A DNA stretch of 64,000 nt from Podarcis liolepis (Eukaryota), in the NCBI GenBank assembly GCA_965112155.1, contig OZ218108.1; one strand, 5' to 3'. The notes under the pieces are model-generated. The model was not told where the DNA came from. It did no database searches and was given only the letters and a program-made list of their open reading frames with translations. Shown here in pieces: positions 13,473-26,733 of this stretch; position 1 is the stretch's first letter, and each line of letters begins with the position of its first letter. The translations under genes and the position numbers were made by a program.

Positions 13473-14446
13473 TACCTTCTTAGGATTTTAGAGCAACATT
13501 ACCTTCAATAAACTTTCTCTATCCTTGTGTAGGTTTTAGATTTACTTTACTGCCAATACCCGAATAACAGTAGTCATGATGGACAGATATGAAACTAGAA
13601 AACAATGGAAACGATTTGTTAAATAGAAATACAGCTTGATTTAATTGAATTTATAGAAGGCTGTTGAAATCCATAGCTGCGTGTCCATTAACACTGAAGT
13701 AGGCATCGTCACACTTTTTGAACTGTGACAAGCATCCAAGAACCATGAAACTAGTTCTATGAGCCCAGAGAGACATTAGATTTGTGTTCCTTGGACAGCA
13801 TTTTCTCATGTTTTCTGGCAAACCGCTTTTGAAACTGAGGGAAGAATCAAAAGCAGCTTGTGATAGGGTATGAAGGGGGTGTCAGGTGTCAAAGGAAAAA
13901 AACTTTACAATTTCATTCAGCTAACACAAGCCCCTTACAAAACGCTATCCCAAGTAGCTGTTTAGATCCAAACATCTTTGAATTTGAAAAACAGATAAGT
14001 CATGAGCTATTTCCTTTTAACAATATCAACCTGTTTGTACTGTAACAAAATGGTATTTGGCAGCTATCTATGAATACAAATATGTTTCATATCTATTATT
14101 ATAGTACCTAACACAAATATACCACTTTTCAGCATATTAACAACGCTTTGTGGCAATTTTCCTGAAAATATAGTTTATACATCTGTGAAGAGATGTACAT
14201 GAAATAATTATATGACAAAATAAAAATGCCATAGGTAACAAGCAGATTTGTTTATGAGTATAATAATCTTATTTACCATAATAACTAAACTCAAATATAA
14301 GTTATTTATAGGCCACATTTTCTGTTTTACTGCTCTAAAGAAGCACTTTTGACTCCTGAAACCAGTAGCATGAAAATTACAGCCCTGTTATATTGCAGGT
14401 GTACTATGTACTCTAAAGAGAAATAGACTGTGTAAACCTTACAGTA

Positions 14447-16014
14447 CAGGTGAAACTCAGTAATTCTCAGTACAGGTGAAATTCAATAATTCACCTTAAA
14501 AGGTGAAACTAATATATGGGATAGACTCATGACATGCAAAGCAAAATATGTCAAGCCTTTATTTGTTATAATTGTGATGATTATGGTGTACAGCTGATGA
14601 AAACCCCAAATTAACAATCTCAGAAAATTAAAATACTAAATGAAATCAGCAAAACAAGGATTGCAAATAAAGCAGTAGTGGACCTCTGAGAAGTAGAAGC
14701 ATGCATATGTACTCAGTACTTGGTTTGGGCCCCTTTTGCATCAATTACTGCCTCAATGCGGCGTGGCATGGATGCTATCAGCCTGTGGCACTGCTGAGGT
14801 GTTATGGAATACCAGGATGCTTCAATAGCAGCCTTCAGCTCTTCTGCATTGCTCGGTCTCATGTCTCTCATCTTTCTCTTGGCAATGCCCCATAGATTCT
14901 CTATGGGGTTCAAGTCAGGCAAGTTTGCTGGCCAATCAAGCACAGTAATCCCATGGGCATTGAACCAGGTTTTGGTACTTTTGGCAGTCTGGGCAGGTGC
15001 CAAGTCCTGCTGGAAAATGAAGTCAGCATCCCCATAAAGCTCATCTGCGGAAGGAAGCATGAAGTGCTCCAAAATCTCCTGGTAGACTGCTGCGTTGACC
15101 CTGGACTTAATGAAGCACAGTGGACCAACACCAGCTGATGACATGGCTCCCCAAATCAACACAGACTGTGGAAACTTCACACTGGACTTCAAGCATCTGG
15201 CATTGTGTGCCTCCCCATTCTTCCTCCAGACTCTGGGTCCTTGGTTTCCAAATGAGATGCAAAAGTTGCTCTCATCAGAAAAGAGGAATCGAACCACAGA
15301 GCAACAGACCAGTTCTTTTTTTCTTTAGCCCAGGTAAGACGCTTCTGACGTTGTTTCTTGTTCAGGAGCGGCTTGACAAGAGGAATATGACATTTGAAGC
15401 CCCTCTCCAGGATCCGTCTGTGTGTGGTGGCTGTTGGTGCACTAACTCCAGCCTCAGTCCACTCCTTGTGAAAGTCTCCAACACATTTGAATGGTCTTTT
15501 CCTGATAATCCTCTCCAGGCTGCGGTCCTCCCTGCTGCTTGTGCACCTTTTTCTTCCACACTTTTCCCTTCTGCATAACTTTCCATTAATATGCTTCAAT
15601 ACAGCACTTTGGGAACATCCAACTTCTTCTGCAATTACCTTTTGAGGCTTTCCCTCCTTATGGAGGGTCTCAGTGATGGCTTTCTGCACAACTGTCAGGT
15701 CAGCAGCCTTCCCCATGATTGTGCTTCCTACTGAACCAGACTGAGAGACCATTTAAAGGCTCAGGAACCCATTGCAGGTGTTATGGATTGAATAGCTACT
15801 GCACCTTTTCACAATATTCTAATTTTCTGAGATTGTTAATTTGGGGTTTTCATCAGCTGTATGCCATAATCATCACAATTATAATAAATAAAGGCTTGAC
15901 ATATCTCGCTTTGCATGTCATGAGTCTATCTCATATATTAGTTTCACCTTTTAAATTGAATTACTGAAATAAATGAACTTTTCCATGATATTCTAATTTT
16001 TCCAGTTTCACCTG
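14447..16014 (-). mobile_element. Tc1-family DD34E transposon (IR/DR type, about 200-bp TIRs), resembling the zebrafish Tzf/ZB group
   Basis: TA|caggtgaaact ... agtttcacctg|TA. Left TIR about 14447-14645 and right TIR about 15806-16014, with inner and outer direct repeats (atattctaatttt) in the right TIR. Length 1568 bp, transposase on the minus strand. Confidence 0.95.
14713..15716 (-). pseudogene. Tc1 transposase with a single frameshift near 15290
   Basis: N-terminal frame MGKAADLTVVQK...CGRKRCT...RLTWAKEKKNW (paired-like HTH and GRPR-like linker). C-terminal frame FSDES...WGAMS...FQQDLAP...PDLNPIENLW...TKY with exactly 34 residues between the second D and the E. The junction TGG TTC GA TTC CTC TTT TCT GAT GAG lacks 1 nt. 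Confidence 0.95.
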
Positions 16015-16277
16015 TAATTGCTGCCACTGAAGAGCATTCTTAAAATTTACAAACAGCATAAGCCATAGAATAAAACTTTCATAAATAACATTTTTTTAAA
16101 AATACCCATTTGATCCTCTTATGCTATTTCTGATATTTGTGAATACTGTTAATACAGGTTATAATTTAGCAGAGAAATCAAATATATATTCTAGCCAGTG
16201 TAAATTGTACAGTCACTACTGCAAACTAAGTTAATTGTTGCATCTGAAACACACTGAACTTTGAGGTGATTTCAGTA

Positions 16278-16615
16278 CAGTGGTGCCCCGCAAGACGGAA
16301 AACCCGCTAGACGAAAGGGTTTTCCGTTTTTGAGCTGCTTCGCAAGACGATTTTCCCTATGGGCTTGCTTTGCAAGACGAAAACGTCTTGCAAGTGTTCT
16401 GATTTTTTTCCGCTCCCCCCCTTTTTCTAAGCCGCCAAGCCGCTAATAGCCTTTTAGCCGCTAATCCGCTAATCCTTTAATAGCCGCTAAGCCTTTAATA
16501 GCTGCTAAACCGCTAATAGCGCTAAGCCGCTAATAGGGTTGCTTCGCAAGACGAAAAAACCGCTAGACGAAGAGACTCGCGGAACGGATTAATTTCATCT
16601 TGCGAGGCACCACTG
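16278..16615 (-). mobile_element. Tigger/pogo-like MITE, copy 2, 338 bp, inverted relative to copy 1
   Basis: TA at 16276-77 and 16616-17. The reverse complement of its right end (cagtggtgcctcgcaagatgaaattaatccgttccgcgagtctcttcgtc) matches the start of copy 1. Its internal gccgctaa minisatellite is longer. Confidence 0.9.
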
Positions 16616-19600
16616 TATCTTCTATTTAAACATTTCCTTGAATTTTTTTGAATTTTTTTTTAGAATTAAAAGTGTCCCTTTATATTTAAGATTCTTAAGA
16701 CTTCAGCCCTCCTGAACCTATATGAGTTTTCTCTTGCTTTTCCAGAGGGATGATTCTTGAATAGTTTGAATGGTCACACATCTACCCAGGATCAGTGTTG
16801 GCACCTGACACCCTTGGACAGCTGCCAGGGCCCAAGCACGCCTTTAAGCCCCACTATTAACATCTGCCTTAGATCTCCTTTCCTTTGCAATTTGAATTTC
16901 CCACAATGCCCCTGAAGTAGTAGCGTTCTGGGGCATTAAGAGAAATTGTAATGATGCTGCTTTGATTGCTCCAGCCATGTAAGCTGCCATGACCCACCAA
17001 CAGAAAAGGGAGCTCTCCAGATTGCCCAAGGCACCCCAAACCCTAGACTGTCTCTGGGAATAAAATGTGTAATGCACCAAGTTCCAGGTAGTTTCAACCA
17101 TTGCAATGATACCAGTTTCACTAAAGATCTAGTCTATCTGAAATACAGACTGCAAAGCTACAATTTTACCATCATGGTGATCAAAATTACCCTTTTCAAT
17201 GCATATTATTTAGAAACATGCATCAAGGTTTACTGGGAGGATGTAGATTTACAGAGGTAGTTGGTGCCTATTTTGAAACATGTTGATATATGGCACATGT
17301 ATGACTTGTGAGTTAAAATAATGATCCACATTAAGAAAAAGTATAATTTTCAGAGTATTTTTATTAAATGTAGGCTGAGTAACAACTAAACCAGAACATA
17401 TGGCATATCCTATTTTTAATGTTCAGTTATCAAACACTCAGTGGACTACCAAAAATAGTCACTATCATATCACTAAGAGTTATCAGTGCAAAGCATCTTA
17501 GTCATTTTGGCAACAGCAGCAAAAAAACCCTAATGTAGCATGCTTTCCAAAGATAAATGGGAACTCTTTGATCCTGCTATTAGGCGTAGGGTAGTTTCAG
17601 AAATTTGAAAATGTTAATTAGAAAACCAAATGCTCCTAATTTAGCACATTATCGTTATAATGTTTAAAATTATATTATTGCATGTTTACATTATTGATCC
17701 ATCTTTATTGGCTCTATGCTGTGCTTCCGTTCTTTTTCTTCTGTAGAAATGTCAGTTTTTGCATTAACTCATACAGTCCTTTACAAACACTAAACTTCAA
17801 GCTCTTGTGTTCACATTTGCTAATGCTGCTGGTTTAGACTACTACTATTGGCTTCAGTTCAACCTGCTACTTTTTCTTCCAGTACATAACCGCACTTTCT
17901 AGATGGTTTGCATCTTTCTGCAGAAGGTTTATCCTTTAAATTAGCATGGCATTTCACTGCACCACCCCATTTTTAAAAACAGTATTATACAGGCAACAAT
18001 TTGTTGTGTGTCATTAACCCTCTATAAAGGCGTGATCTAGTCATCTTATATGGTTGATTTTTTAAAAAAATTAAAAGCTTTTCACAAACTCTGTATTTAA
18101 AAATAAGTAGGTTTGCAGCCGCTGGAAAGTTTCATATAAGGGAATGTGGCCACTGGGCTAAAAAGGATTCTTCAATTCTGTTATACAGAATATTGAACAA
18201 GATAGGTGAACATCAGGAACTGGTTTTTTTGAGCAAGGGCCTCAGATCAAAGTTAATACTTGGACTCTGCCTCCTGTAGAAAACACTGGTTGTCCCAGTC
18301 TACAGTGAATTATTCTACCATTTATCTGCTGAGACTCAGCACCTGCCAAAGGAAAGGGCCCTACTAACAAAGTTGCCATATTTCCTTTTTCATATCCGTG
18401 ATTGATACTGACTGAAATTTAAACTATGTTTCGCATTTGGCCCCTCCAGACATTATTCTGTTTCCATGGCAGCATGTTCCTCAGACCAAGCCTGTCTCTA
18501 AAACATGACACAAAAACTTATTTATACAAAATGTCTAGGACTTGTTAAACGGAGCAACAACAAAACCCCATGGGCCAACAATTATTAGGCATAGAGGCAG
18601 TAGAGGTAGAACTATATGCTAAACAGAACTATTTCTCCCTGATGCTACTTGTTTTAGAACTACTTTTCCTTGGTGTTTGTTCATTGGTGTTTTGGCATTG
18701 TAGCTTACATATTTTATAGATGATGACACAGAATTGCTGTTCACCAATTCTTAGCTGATAACTTTTCCATTACAACATCTTGATTTTTATTGTAAACAAA
18801 ACCTGGGACTGTAATTATAGGTATGGTTTTGATATGTTAGTTGTAAAAACGTTTAAACATCTCTGTACAACAAGGAGACTTACTTTTGAGAATCAACATG
18901 CACATATGTTATATGCCCCTTGTTATGCCACTTCACCTGAAAGGAATAGGATTAGTCTGTCTTTAGATTCTAGTAACAACTATCACAAGCAGATACAAAA
19001 AAGAGACAGATGTTGCCCAGTTGTCTTGCAGGGTGGCATACTCAAACAACACAGCTCAAGTAGGATAACTCAGTGTTTTTCTGTATGATGGAGATCACAG
19101 CATATTGTTTTGAAATAATTAATGTTACTCTATAATAGCTGTCTTTCTTCCCAAATCTCATGCGTGGAATTTTTGCTTCTGCTGAAAGTAGAAAGAGACC
19201 CCCCACTTAGGTGGCTGTCATTCTAGGACCATTCCTTTAATGTTAATTGGACTGTTGTGATGCCACTGTATTATGGACTCCACCCTAAGGACTTTATCAG
19301 GAGTCTCCGGATTATTTTTGTTTTTGTATACTCTCATCTGAAGACTCAAAATGCCAGAAAATTGGTAACTTCATTAAGTACATCTAGTTTCATTCACCTT
19401 GTAGACTTTTCATCAAAGCTCTTAATGAAACCCACAGCTGCTAGTATGCAATTAAAATATTAGTTTCTTTTGACTGATAAATAATGTTTCATTTAGAACA
19501 CAATTTAAACACATTGTTTGATTCAAGAGTTGCAAACAGATTGTGAACAACAATACCATCAGAACAAAACATCCTTTCACCAAGTACAGCTTCAGTTAAA

Positions 19601-20824
19601 TAATTCTCATTTTAAAACTGTGATTAATGAATGGATTGATTACTAATTAATACAATGAATGCTTTCAGCCGCATGTGCTAATTTCCATGTTAGCCCTGTT
19701 TGACAAAACTCATATCTGAAAGACTTTTTGAGTTCACTTTGAACTACAAGCCTTAGGCCACTGTGAACCATTTTTTTAAGTTAGACAAAATAAGGGTGGA
19801 CTGTGATACATGTGAAATAAAATAACACACTTATAGCTTGAATATATATATAGTTCATTTTCAGTCTGACATTCAGCTGTGGAATTGCAGTATTGAAAGC
19901 AATTTCTCCAATATGCTTTTACAGTACATTTTTTGCACATCTAATGTAAACCACTGATTCATTTGCAGAGCTGCAGCTTTTATCTAGCTTTTTCTCTTTC
20001 TTTGACTCATTGGATTATAATAGGCACAGAGTTGTATTGATTACTATAACTTGCATGGGAAAATCTTTCTGCTTCAGATTGGCTATAAATTATAAATAAT
20101 GTATCTCAAAAGGCTGTGTGTTAAAAGAAGCAATGTTCTTCTGAGACACTCTCATGTAAAGCTCTTAAGGCAGAGGTTATTAACTTTATGATTGCACTAT
20201 TGGTGTACTTGACCCGTAGCAATGATCACTATCCATAAAATCGTAGACTAGATAACCATTGTCTGCCTTTTCCAGCAATGTTCATTAGCAGAGACCACCA
20301 AAGATCACTCTAATAAGCAGAGGGTCAATATTCACTGCATCAGTATAAATTTGTTTGGTGCAACAATGAAGTTATCCTCCCTTCCACTCCAGCTAAAAAA
20401 GCAGTACTGTGTAATTGGGGTGTATAGATTTTGCACATATTGGCTGCTTCTGGACATAATGCTAAACTATTGTTTAGTGCAGGGATGGGGAACTGTATTT
20501 GGCTTGTGGTTTAGAGCCAGATGTGTGGGACTGCCTATCTGCCAATCATCTGATGTCAGGTGATTCAACATCAAAGGAAGAAGTGGGAGTGCACTCCCAA
20601 TTCTTCATATCTTCCTTTGCAGCCCCAGCTTGAATTCAATAAAACATAGTTAATATTAAGCAGAGTTTGAAGTTTGCTAAGCAGCTGCTAATTAAAAATG
20701 GAAGTGAAAACTTCAGATCTCCTTACAGCCACTCCAGAGGGGAGAAGGGAACACATGAGTTCAAGGCTCGTGAACATAATGCTAAATTGTATTTTAGTAT
20801 TTAACATCCCTTTAAATTGAAACA

Positions 20825-21110
20825 CATTTGCCATTTTAATGCTCATTCATCCAGTTTTTGGTTTTACCACTCTGAACAATTTGATGTCACAACAGACTTG
20901 GCCCCCTCACTGCTCACCTGTAACTGCAGTTAATGTATGAACAAATTTAAAAGCACCGGTCCAGTTCTGGATCTTGGGAACCCCACTGTTACATCCTTTC
21001 ATTGTGACAACTGCCCATTATTCCAACTCTCTTGGGTTCTTCAAATAGTTACTGATCCATTACAGGGCCTGCCTTCTTATCCCTAGACCACTAACTTACT
21101 CCCCTTTTGG
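20825..21110 (-). mobile_element. CR1 LINE reverse-transcriptase fragment
   Basis: Minus strand ggggttcccaagatccagaactggaccggtgcttttaaatttgttcata is a decayed GVPQGSVLGPVLFNLFI motif. Confidence 0.75.
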
Positions 21111-24039
21111 TTTTTGTTTTAAACTGCTTTTGCCAAAATGATCCATGTTCCACAACTTACTTTCTACTCAAGTTGTTTTGGTCTTAAAACTGAAATATAT
21201 GCCTTCCTGGTATTTTGCAGTGAAGTATGGAAAATTCCTGTAGCCTCATAGTTTTGACTATTTAATGCACGTTACATGGAAAACCTAGATCAATATTTTC
21301 TGTGCAATAAAAACTTAAGGATAATATATTTGTTTGGACTGCTGAGACATAGTCAAAAAGAAAATAATTTAAGTTTAAATTTCTCTTATGTAATCCAGAT
21401 GAATGTATTGTTTGTTAGGGTTACAAAATTTTCCACAATAGCACAACATAAAAGGAAATGATCATTCAAATAAATGTGGATTATACATTATCTGTGATTT
21501 TGGTGTACCTGTGGGGTCAGGATCAGCCCAAGATATTTTGCTGCCTGAGTTGAAGGAGAAGGTACCATCCTCACCCACCTCAATTTTGTGTACAGAAACT
21601 GACCAGATTAATCTGCTAGTTTTACATCTACACTGGCAATGGGACACAGCATCTGAGGGCAGCAGGCTAGCTGGAAGGGCACAGAGCCAGCCAAATGGCA
21701 CATACAGCTCTGTCTTGCTACTGCCTGGCTCCCAGCATTTGCTTCCTGAGGCAGCTGTTTCACTCTCCCTCTACCATTCACACAATTTTCTGCTCGGTAT
21801 TTTTGGCTGGTGTTTACTTGCTGCTGTTAGTGGTAGAAACATGCATGGTTATTACGTGGATTACTGGAGTTGCAAAATGGGGATACTGCTATTTGTGTGG
21901 AAATGAAAGGTGGGAAAGCCAAACAGAGAAGAATCCCCTGTAAAAAAAAATGTTACCTGGTATTTTTAAAAGATCCAGTGCTTCAAGGGACAAGATGGCC
22001 ATGGCTACTCTTGTCTCTACTTCCCCCAGGCCTGTCATCCATCCATCCGTAAATGTGGCAAGAAGTAGAAGCTACATCCGTCTCATGTTTAGCTTCATTG
22101 TAGAATTTTAAGGCACAGGTTGAATCTGATAACCGTGTGGGAAAACAAAGCAAAGTGACATGGGATTAACACAATATTTTGCCCTGTATGGTGTGCATGC
22201 CAGGAAAAAGAAGAGGAGGCAAAAGAGGAGTGGAAAGATTGGTATAAAACTGTGTAAAAGCACTACAGAAATTGAGGTTTTGATGTTGATCTAGAATTAG
22301 CCTAGATGTGAACATACCCATAACATTCTCCCACATACATCTCAATTATGTAGGGCCGCAGACTTGCCCTTTTTAACTTTGCAGAAAACAATATATTCCC
22401 TGAGTAGCCTTGTTATTCACAATGGCCTTATTTCCAATGAAAATCCTCCTCTTAAATTTCAATCCTTGCTTGGAATAAAAGAGGTGCATTTTCTTTTCAA
22501 ATGTATGTATTTATATGGTGTCTCAGGTCTGTCCTTGATCTGTCAATTACTTATGACCTTAGTATTAATCATTGCATTTATCTTTAAATGAATTCCCCTT
22601 TGACGCTACAGCACAATGTATGATTCCATGGCATCATCTTTTCTAATGTCCCTTTTATACATCATGCTGTTTGTCCTGTCCCCGTCCCCACCCCTGTCCC
22701 AAACCCTGCTGTGTGCATGTCTCAAGGAATTGTTGGTTAATGCTCAGGTGGTTGTTTTGGCTGTATCTCTGGTACTTTGCATAATTTCATTTGATTAGTG
22801 GACTTTGCAAATAAGATATTATCTTGTTTAAATGTACCTAACATGGACTTAGGACACCAGTTTTCGTTTAATTCAATTCTAAGAATAAATGATCCATGTG
22901 GATTTATTAAGCTATAAGATGCTTACAAAATACTGTGTTTGAAAACAGAACAGCTTTAAAACCAGCTGCTGCAATGAGGCTTGACAGATTCACAATACTT
23001 TCAATTCACAATACTCTGTGCTTTTAACATTCACATAGAAAGGAGAAGTGTGTTCGCCTATCAGAGTACTGAAGTGGTAAGAAAACAACACCAGTAGGTA
23101 CAGATATTCTCCCTTGTTAAGCAATGAACAGTAAAATATGTCTACTCAGAAGTAAGCCTAATAAGATCAGTGGGCCTGAGTGCCAGGTAAATTCTTGATT
23201 CACACTGACAGCCTCAACACAAGCAGAGAGTGCTGTTACGTTAAAGCTCAGCAGAGCTCAAAAAAAGCACCAATTGTGTGGACTGGTGCCTTGATATGAA
23301 GGCTGTCCATATGCCTCCTTTATTTGCATAATCATGGCAGCCCTTTTGGATGCACCACAATCACATATCATAGCAGCTGTGTGGACAGCCTTCATGTGAA
23401 GACTCTGGTTCATGCAATGGTATACTCACTGCATGAGTCTGACAGCAGCCCACATGATGTTTGCTTTCAAGCGTGCTACTGACCAGACCTAAACCATACG
23501 TATCCTATTAGGTGAAGAGGCCCACTGCATGCTCACGGTATCTTTGCATATGTGTTCAGCAGTCAGTGTGGAGTCTTTATGAAGGAGTGGATTTGTTTTA
23601 GAATAAGTCCATCTTTTTATTTTACACAAAACAAGTTTTACTGGACTGAGTCATTAGTTGAGGCGTGCTCTTTGCAGCTGTATGTTATGTCTGCCTTACT
23701 ACCTGTTATTATCAGACTGAAGATCGTTTTAGAGCTGCATGAGGGCAAATGCCTGCTTTACACTACAGCAATGAACCTCAGATCCCTGTTATGTGTGACC
23801 ATATCATCCATGTGTTAGTGAACACACATTTTTGACATATTAAACATTTAATGTGTAAGTGGACACTTTAATAGAACTGCTAACCGTATGGTAACACTTA
23901 ACAATATGTAGAGGACTAATCTGTATCCTCTAGCCTTATCATAAGCCTAGTATTACCAGGCTCCCTGAATTTTCAAACAACTGTTGGAATGTAGTGGCAC
24001 TGAACAACAGGAATAAAGGCAACAGCCAGCTTGCTATGT

Positions 24040-25110
24040 GAATCAAAATGCTTCAGTGGACGTTTAAAATTGCTATTCTATGAAACCTACAACATATCCC
24101 CTAACATTCAAGGTATGCATAGGCTATTTGCAGTATACTTCTAAATTATGTCTAATGTGACCCTAAGACTATGGAGAAAGAGGAAAATACAAAAGGGTTT
24201 GCTAAAAGCAAAAATTCTAATTGGAAAGAAATCAGCAGTAGAATATCCCTGTGACCATTCTTAGGCTGAAGTTTATTCAGTATTTTTATTAGTAATAGAA
24301 AGAGAAGTAGGGGTGTTTTGATTAAATTTGCAGCTGATACTGAGCGAGGAGGCAGTGTCAATACAAGGAAGGATCAGGAAATTATGCAGACTGAAATAGA
24401 TGATCTCATGAACTGGTGTAATAATAAAAATACAAGAAAATTCAATATGTGTAAGGTCATGCATTTGGGACTGTGGGCTCATCAAGTAGGAACAACTGGG
24501 GAAGAAAGAGATTTCAAGATACTGGGTGGTCACAAGGTGAAAGTGAACTATCAATGTGATGCTGATGCAAAGAGGAAAAAGTAAATTCTACAAGCTTTTA
24601 AGGCAAAGTCTGTTCTTGGATTTATTAGGGTAGGAAACTTTGGTAGGAACAAAAGAATTATTGGTACCCTCGTACTAGGTCTGATAAGACCACATCTGGA
24701 AAAATGCTTCATGTTGGTTACCCATTTAAATAAAAAATGTTCAAAATGGAATCCATGCAAAAAGCAATCAGGTTGGTTAAGTAAAATGTATTTTCTGAGT
24801 AGATGTTTCAAAGGTTTTGCCCCTTTAGCTTATAAAAAGGAGACTGGGAAGTGATATGACAGCACTATACAAATTTTGCTAGCAGAAGTAGTACAGAAAG
24901 GGAGGTGAATTTAGGCTTTAAAAACTAGGCATATAACATCACTGGCTACATATTTGAAATAAGCTTTTGTAAAAATTACAGGTCTCAACCCATGAAATAG
25001 TGTAGAACATAAGTTCACTTGGATTCATGATAGGGCCACTGCACTTTATATGGCAGCCATGCCTTTATTGTAACCACTGAATTTCCAGGTGTTTAAAGAG
25101 GGCTTGAAAA
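24040..25110 (+). mobile_element. Ancient CR1 LINE, 3' part of ORF2
   Basis: ORF 24318-24584 IKFAADTERGG...EIDDLMNWC...KFNMCKVMHLG matches CR1 KFADDTKLGG...DLDRLxxW...KFNxxKCKVLHLG. Downstream ggtctgataagaccacatctggaa resembles LVRPHLE. Confidence 0.85.
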
Positions 25111-25344
25111 ATATTTTTTTTAAGGTTTCAGAAAATAACAAAGATAGGAAGCCCAAGATCCAGCATACCTGTCTGCAGATTAACTAAAGCACATATCATT
25201 ATTCATTGTCTAGCAGGTAGTATTCTGAGAATCTCCTATTCCCTTTCTTGTAAAGCTATGGTGAAGATTCACGTCACCAGTAAATGCACAAGTTGATTTC
25301 TGTGCCAGCACCTGAAATTAGACATTTTCTGCAAGAAGCCAATA

Positions 25345-25426
25345 ATGTTGTTGGACTACAACTCCCATCATCCATTAACACTGGTCATACTGGCAGGGAC
25401 TTATAGCAATTATAATCCAACAACAT
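25345..25426. repeat. Palindromic lizard interspersed repeat (MITE core)
   Basis: Perfect 11-bp inverted arms atgttgttgga / tccaacaacat around ctacaactcccatcatcc. Confidence 0.7.
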
Positions 25427-26698
25427 CTACAGAGATGTCCCTGACAGTTGTTGTTGTTGTTGTTCCTAGTCCAATGCATCCAACTGAACTGAATTTAGTT
25501 GGATTGGCATAACTTGACATAATTGAAAATTTCAAGCATCGTCAGGTCCTTGGAGAAATGTTTTGACATTACCACTGCAGCAAATAACTAAAATGAAGTG
25601 TATCAACCTAGGTAGTTATCTGCAGATGAAGATTTGTATTGAAATCTTCTTTTTCTGCACAGCAGGACAAGCTTTTGTTTTACATAGCTTGTATACTCCA
25701 CAACAGGGACTCATTGTCCTACAGAAACTTGTAAACTCTGCGGAAGGAGCACTTTGTCCTGCACAGTAGGCAAACACCTACTCAGGCAATCTCCAGGTGT
25801 AAATTATACCAGCTCTAATTTCAGTGCCCAATACCAAAAGAGACTGTAATACTCAGAAGAGGAGTTTGAGGAGTTTCTGGGAGCAGCAGCAACAACAAAA
25901 TAATTTAAATTGAATTTCTGCCCCTGTCATGAAAAAGCCCAGAAATGTTTAATAGTAGTAGTAGTAGTAGTAGTAATATGAAGTGCAGCTGTTTATTATT
26001 TTGCACATTCACTAGTGATAGCAGTTTTCTGGAAATACAAAACTAAATCATACTTAACTTTTTTCCTGCTTAAGGTTAGAATCTGGTACACACTTCTTGT
26101 AGAGTAAGCCCCACTGAAATCTAAATAAACATGCAAAGAATTGCACTGTAGATGTCTAACATCTCAGTATTTCCCCCCACTCCTATTAATGCTTATTTTG
26201 CTTTCCATTTTGTAGATATTTTCCTAATTAATTTAACATTAACACATTTATTTACTATTCCAGGTTGTTAATGAAGTTTTTAAAACATGAGCCTAATACT
26301 TTGCCCAATCCCACTGAAGTTAATTGCATATTTTCAACTGTCTTCAGAATAGTCATGAGTTTACTCTGGAACCCTGGGCTGAAACATGAACTCTAGCTTG
26401 TCTGCCTATGTCATTGATATAATCTCATAAATTGTTCCACAGACAATGGCCAGTTTAGGAGCGTCCAAATGATGCACAATCAAACTGGGAAGTAGCCCCC
26501 AAACATCATAGAGATGTCACGAAAAGGGGAAAACAGAATGGGACAGAGTGGAGCGGATTGTATTGTATTAAAACTATCCTATTCAGTCACACAGTAAATC
26601 TAAGATAAGCACTTGGTGATATGATTAATTCCCAGTTGTTGAGAGAATATTTGTACAGTAAGATGTTACAGTTGGCCCAACACACCTGCAGGGCCATT

Positions 26699-26700
<2 letters not shown>

Positions 26701-26733
<33 letters not shown>
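26701..26733. repeat. (AAT)11 microsatellite
   Basis: Seen directly. Confidence 0.95.

Noticed and set aside
16426-16535. gccgctaa tandem array as a CRISPR-like repeat
   Set aside because: Minisatellite inside a MITE, with no unique spacers
16800-16827. Second RE1 site (gcacc...ggacagctgcc)
   Set aside because: Half-site spacing is not canonical and the sequence lies in a probable old repeat
17015-17035. PDCPR-like codons as the FAM172A penultimate exon
   Set aside because: The flanking codons do not match and there is no donor site at the expected position
21511-21943. Hydrophobic ORFs resembling a membrane-protein exon
   Set aside because: No recognisable homology or convincing splice sites, and it lies within the intron
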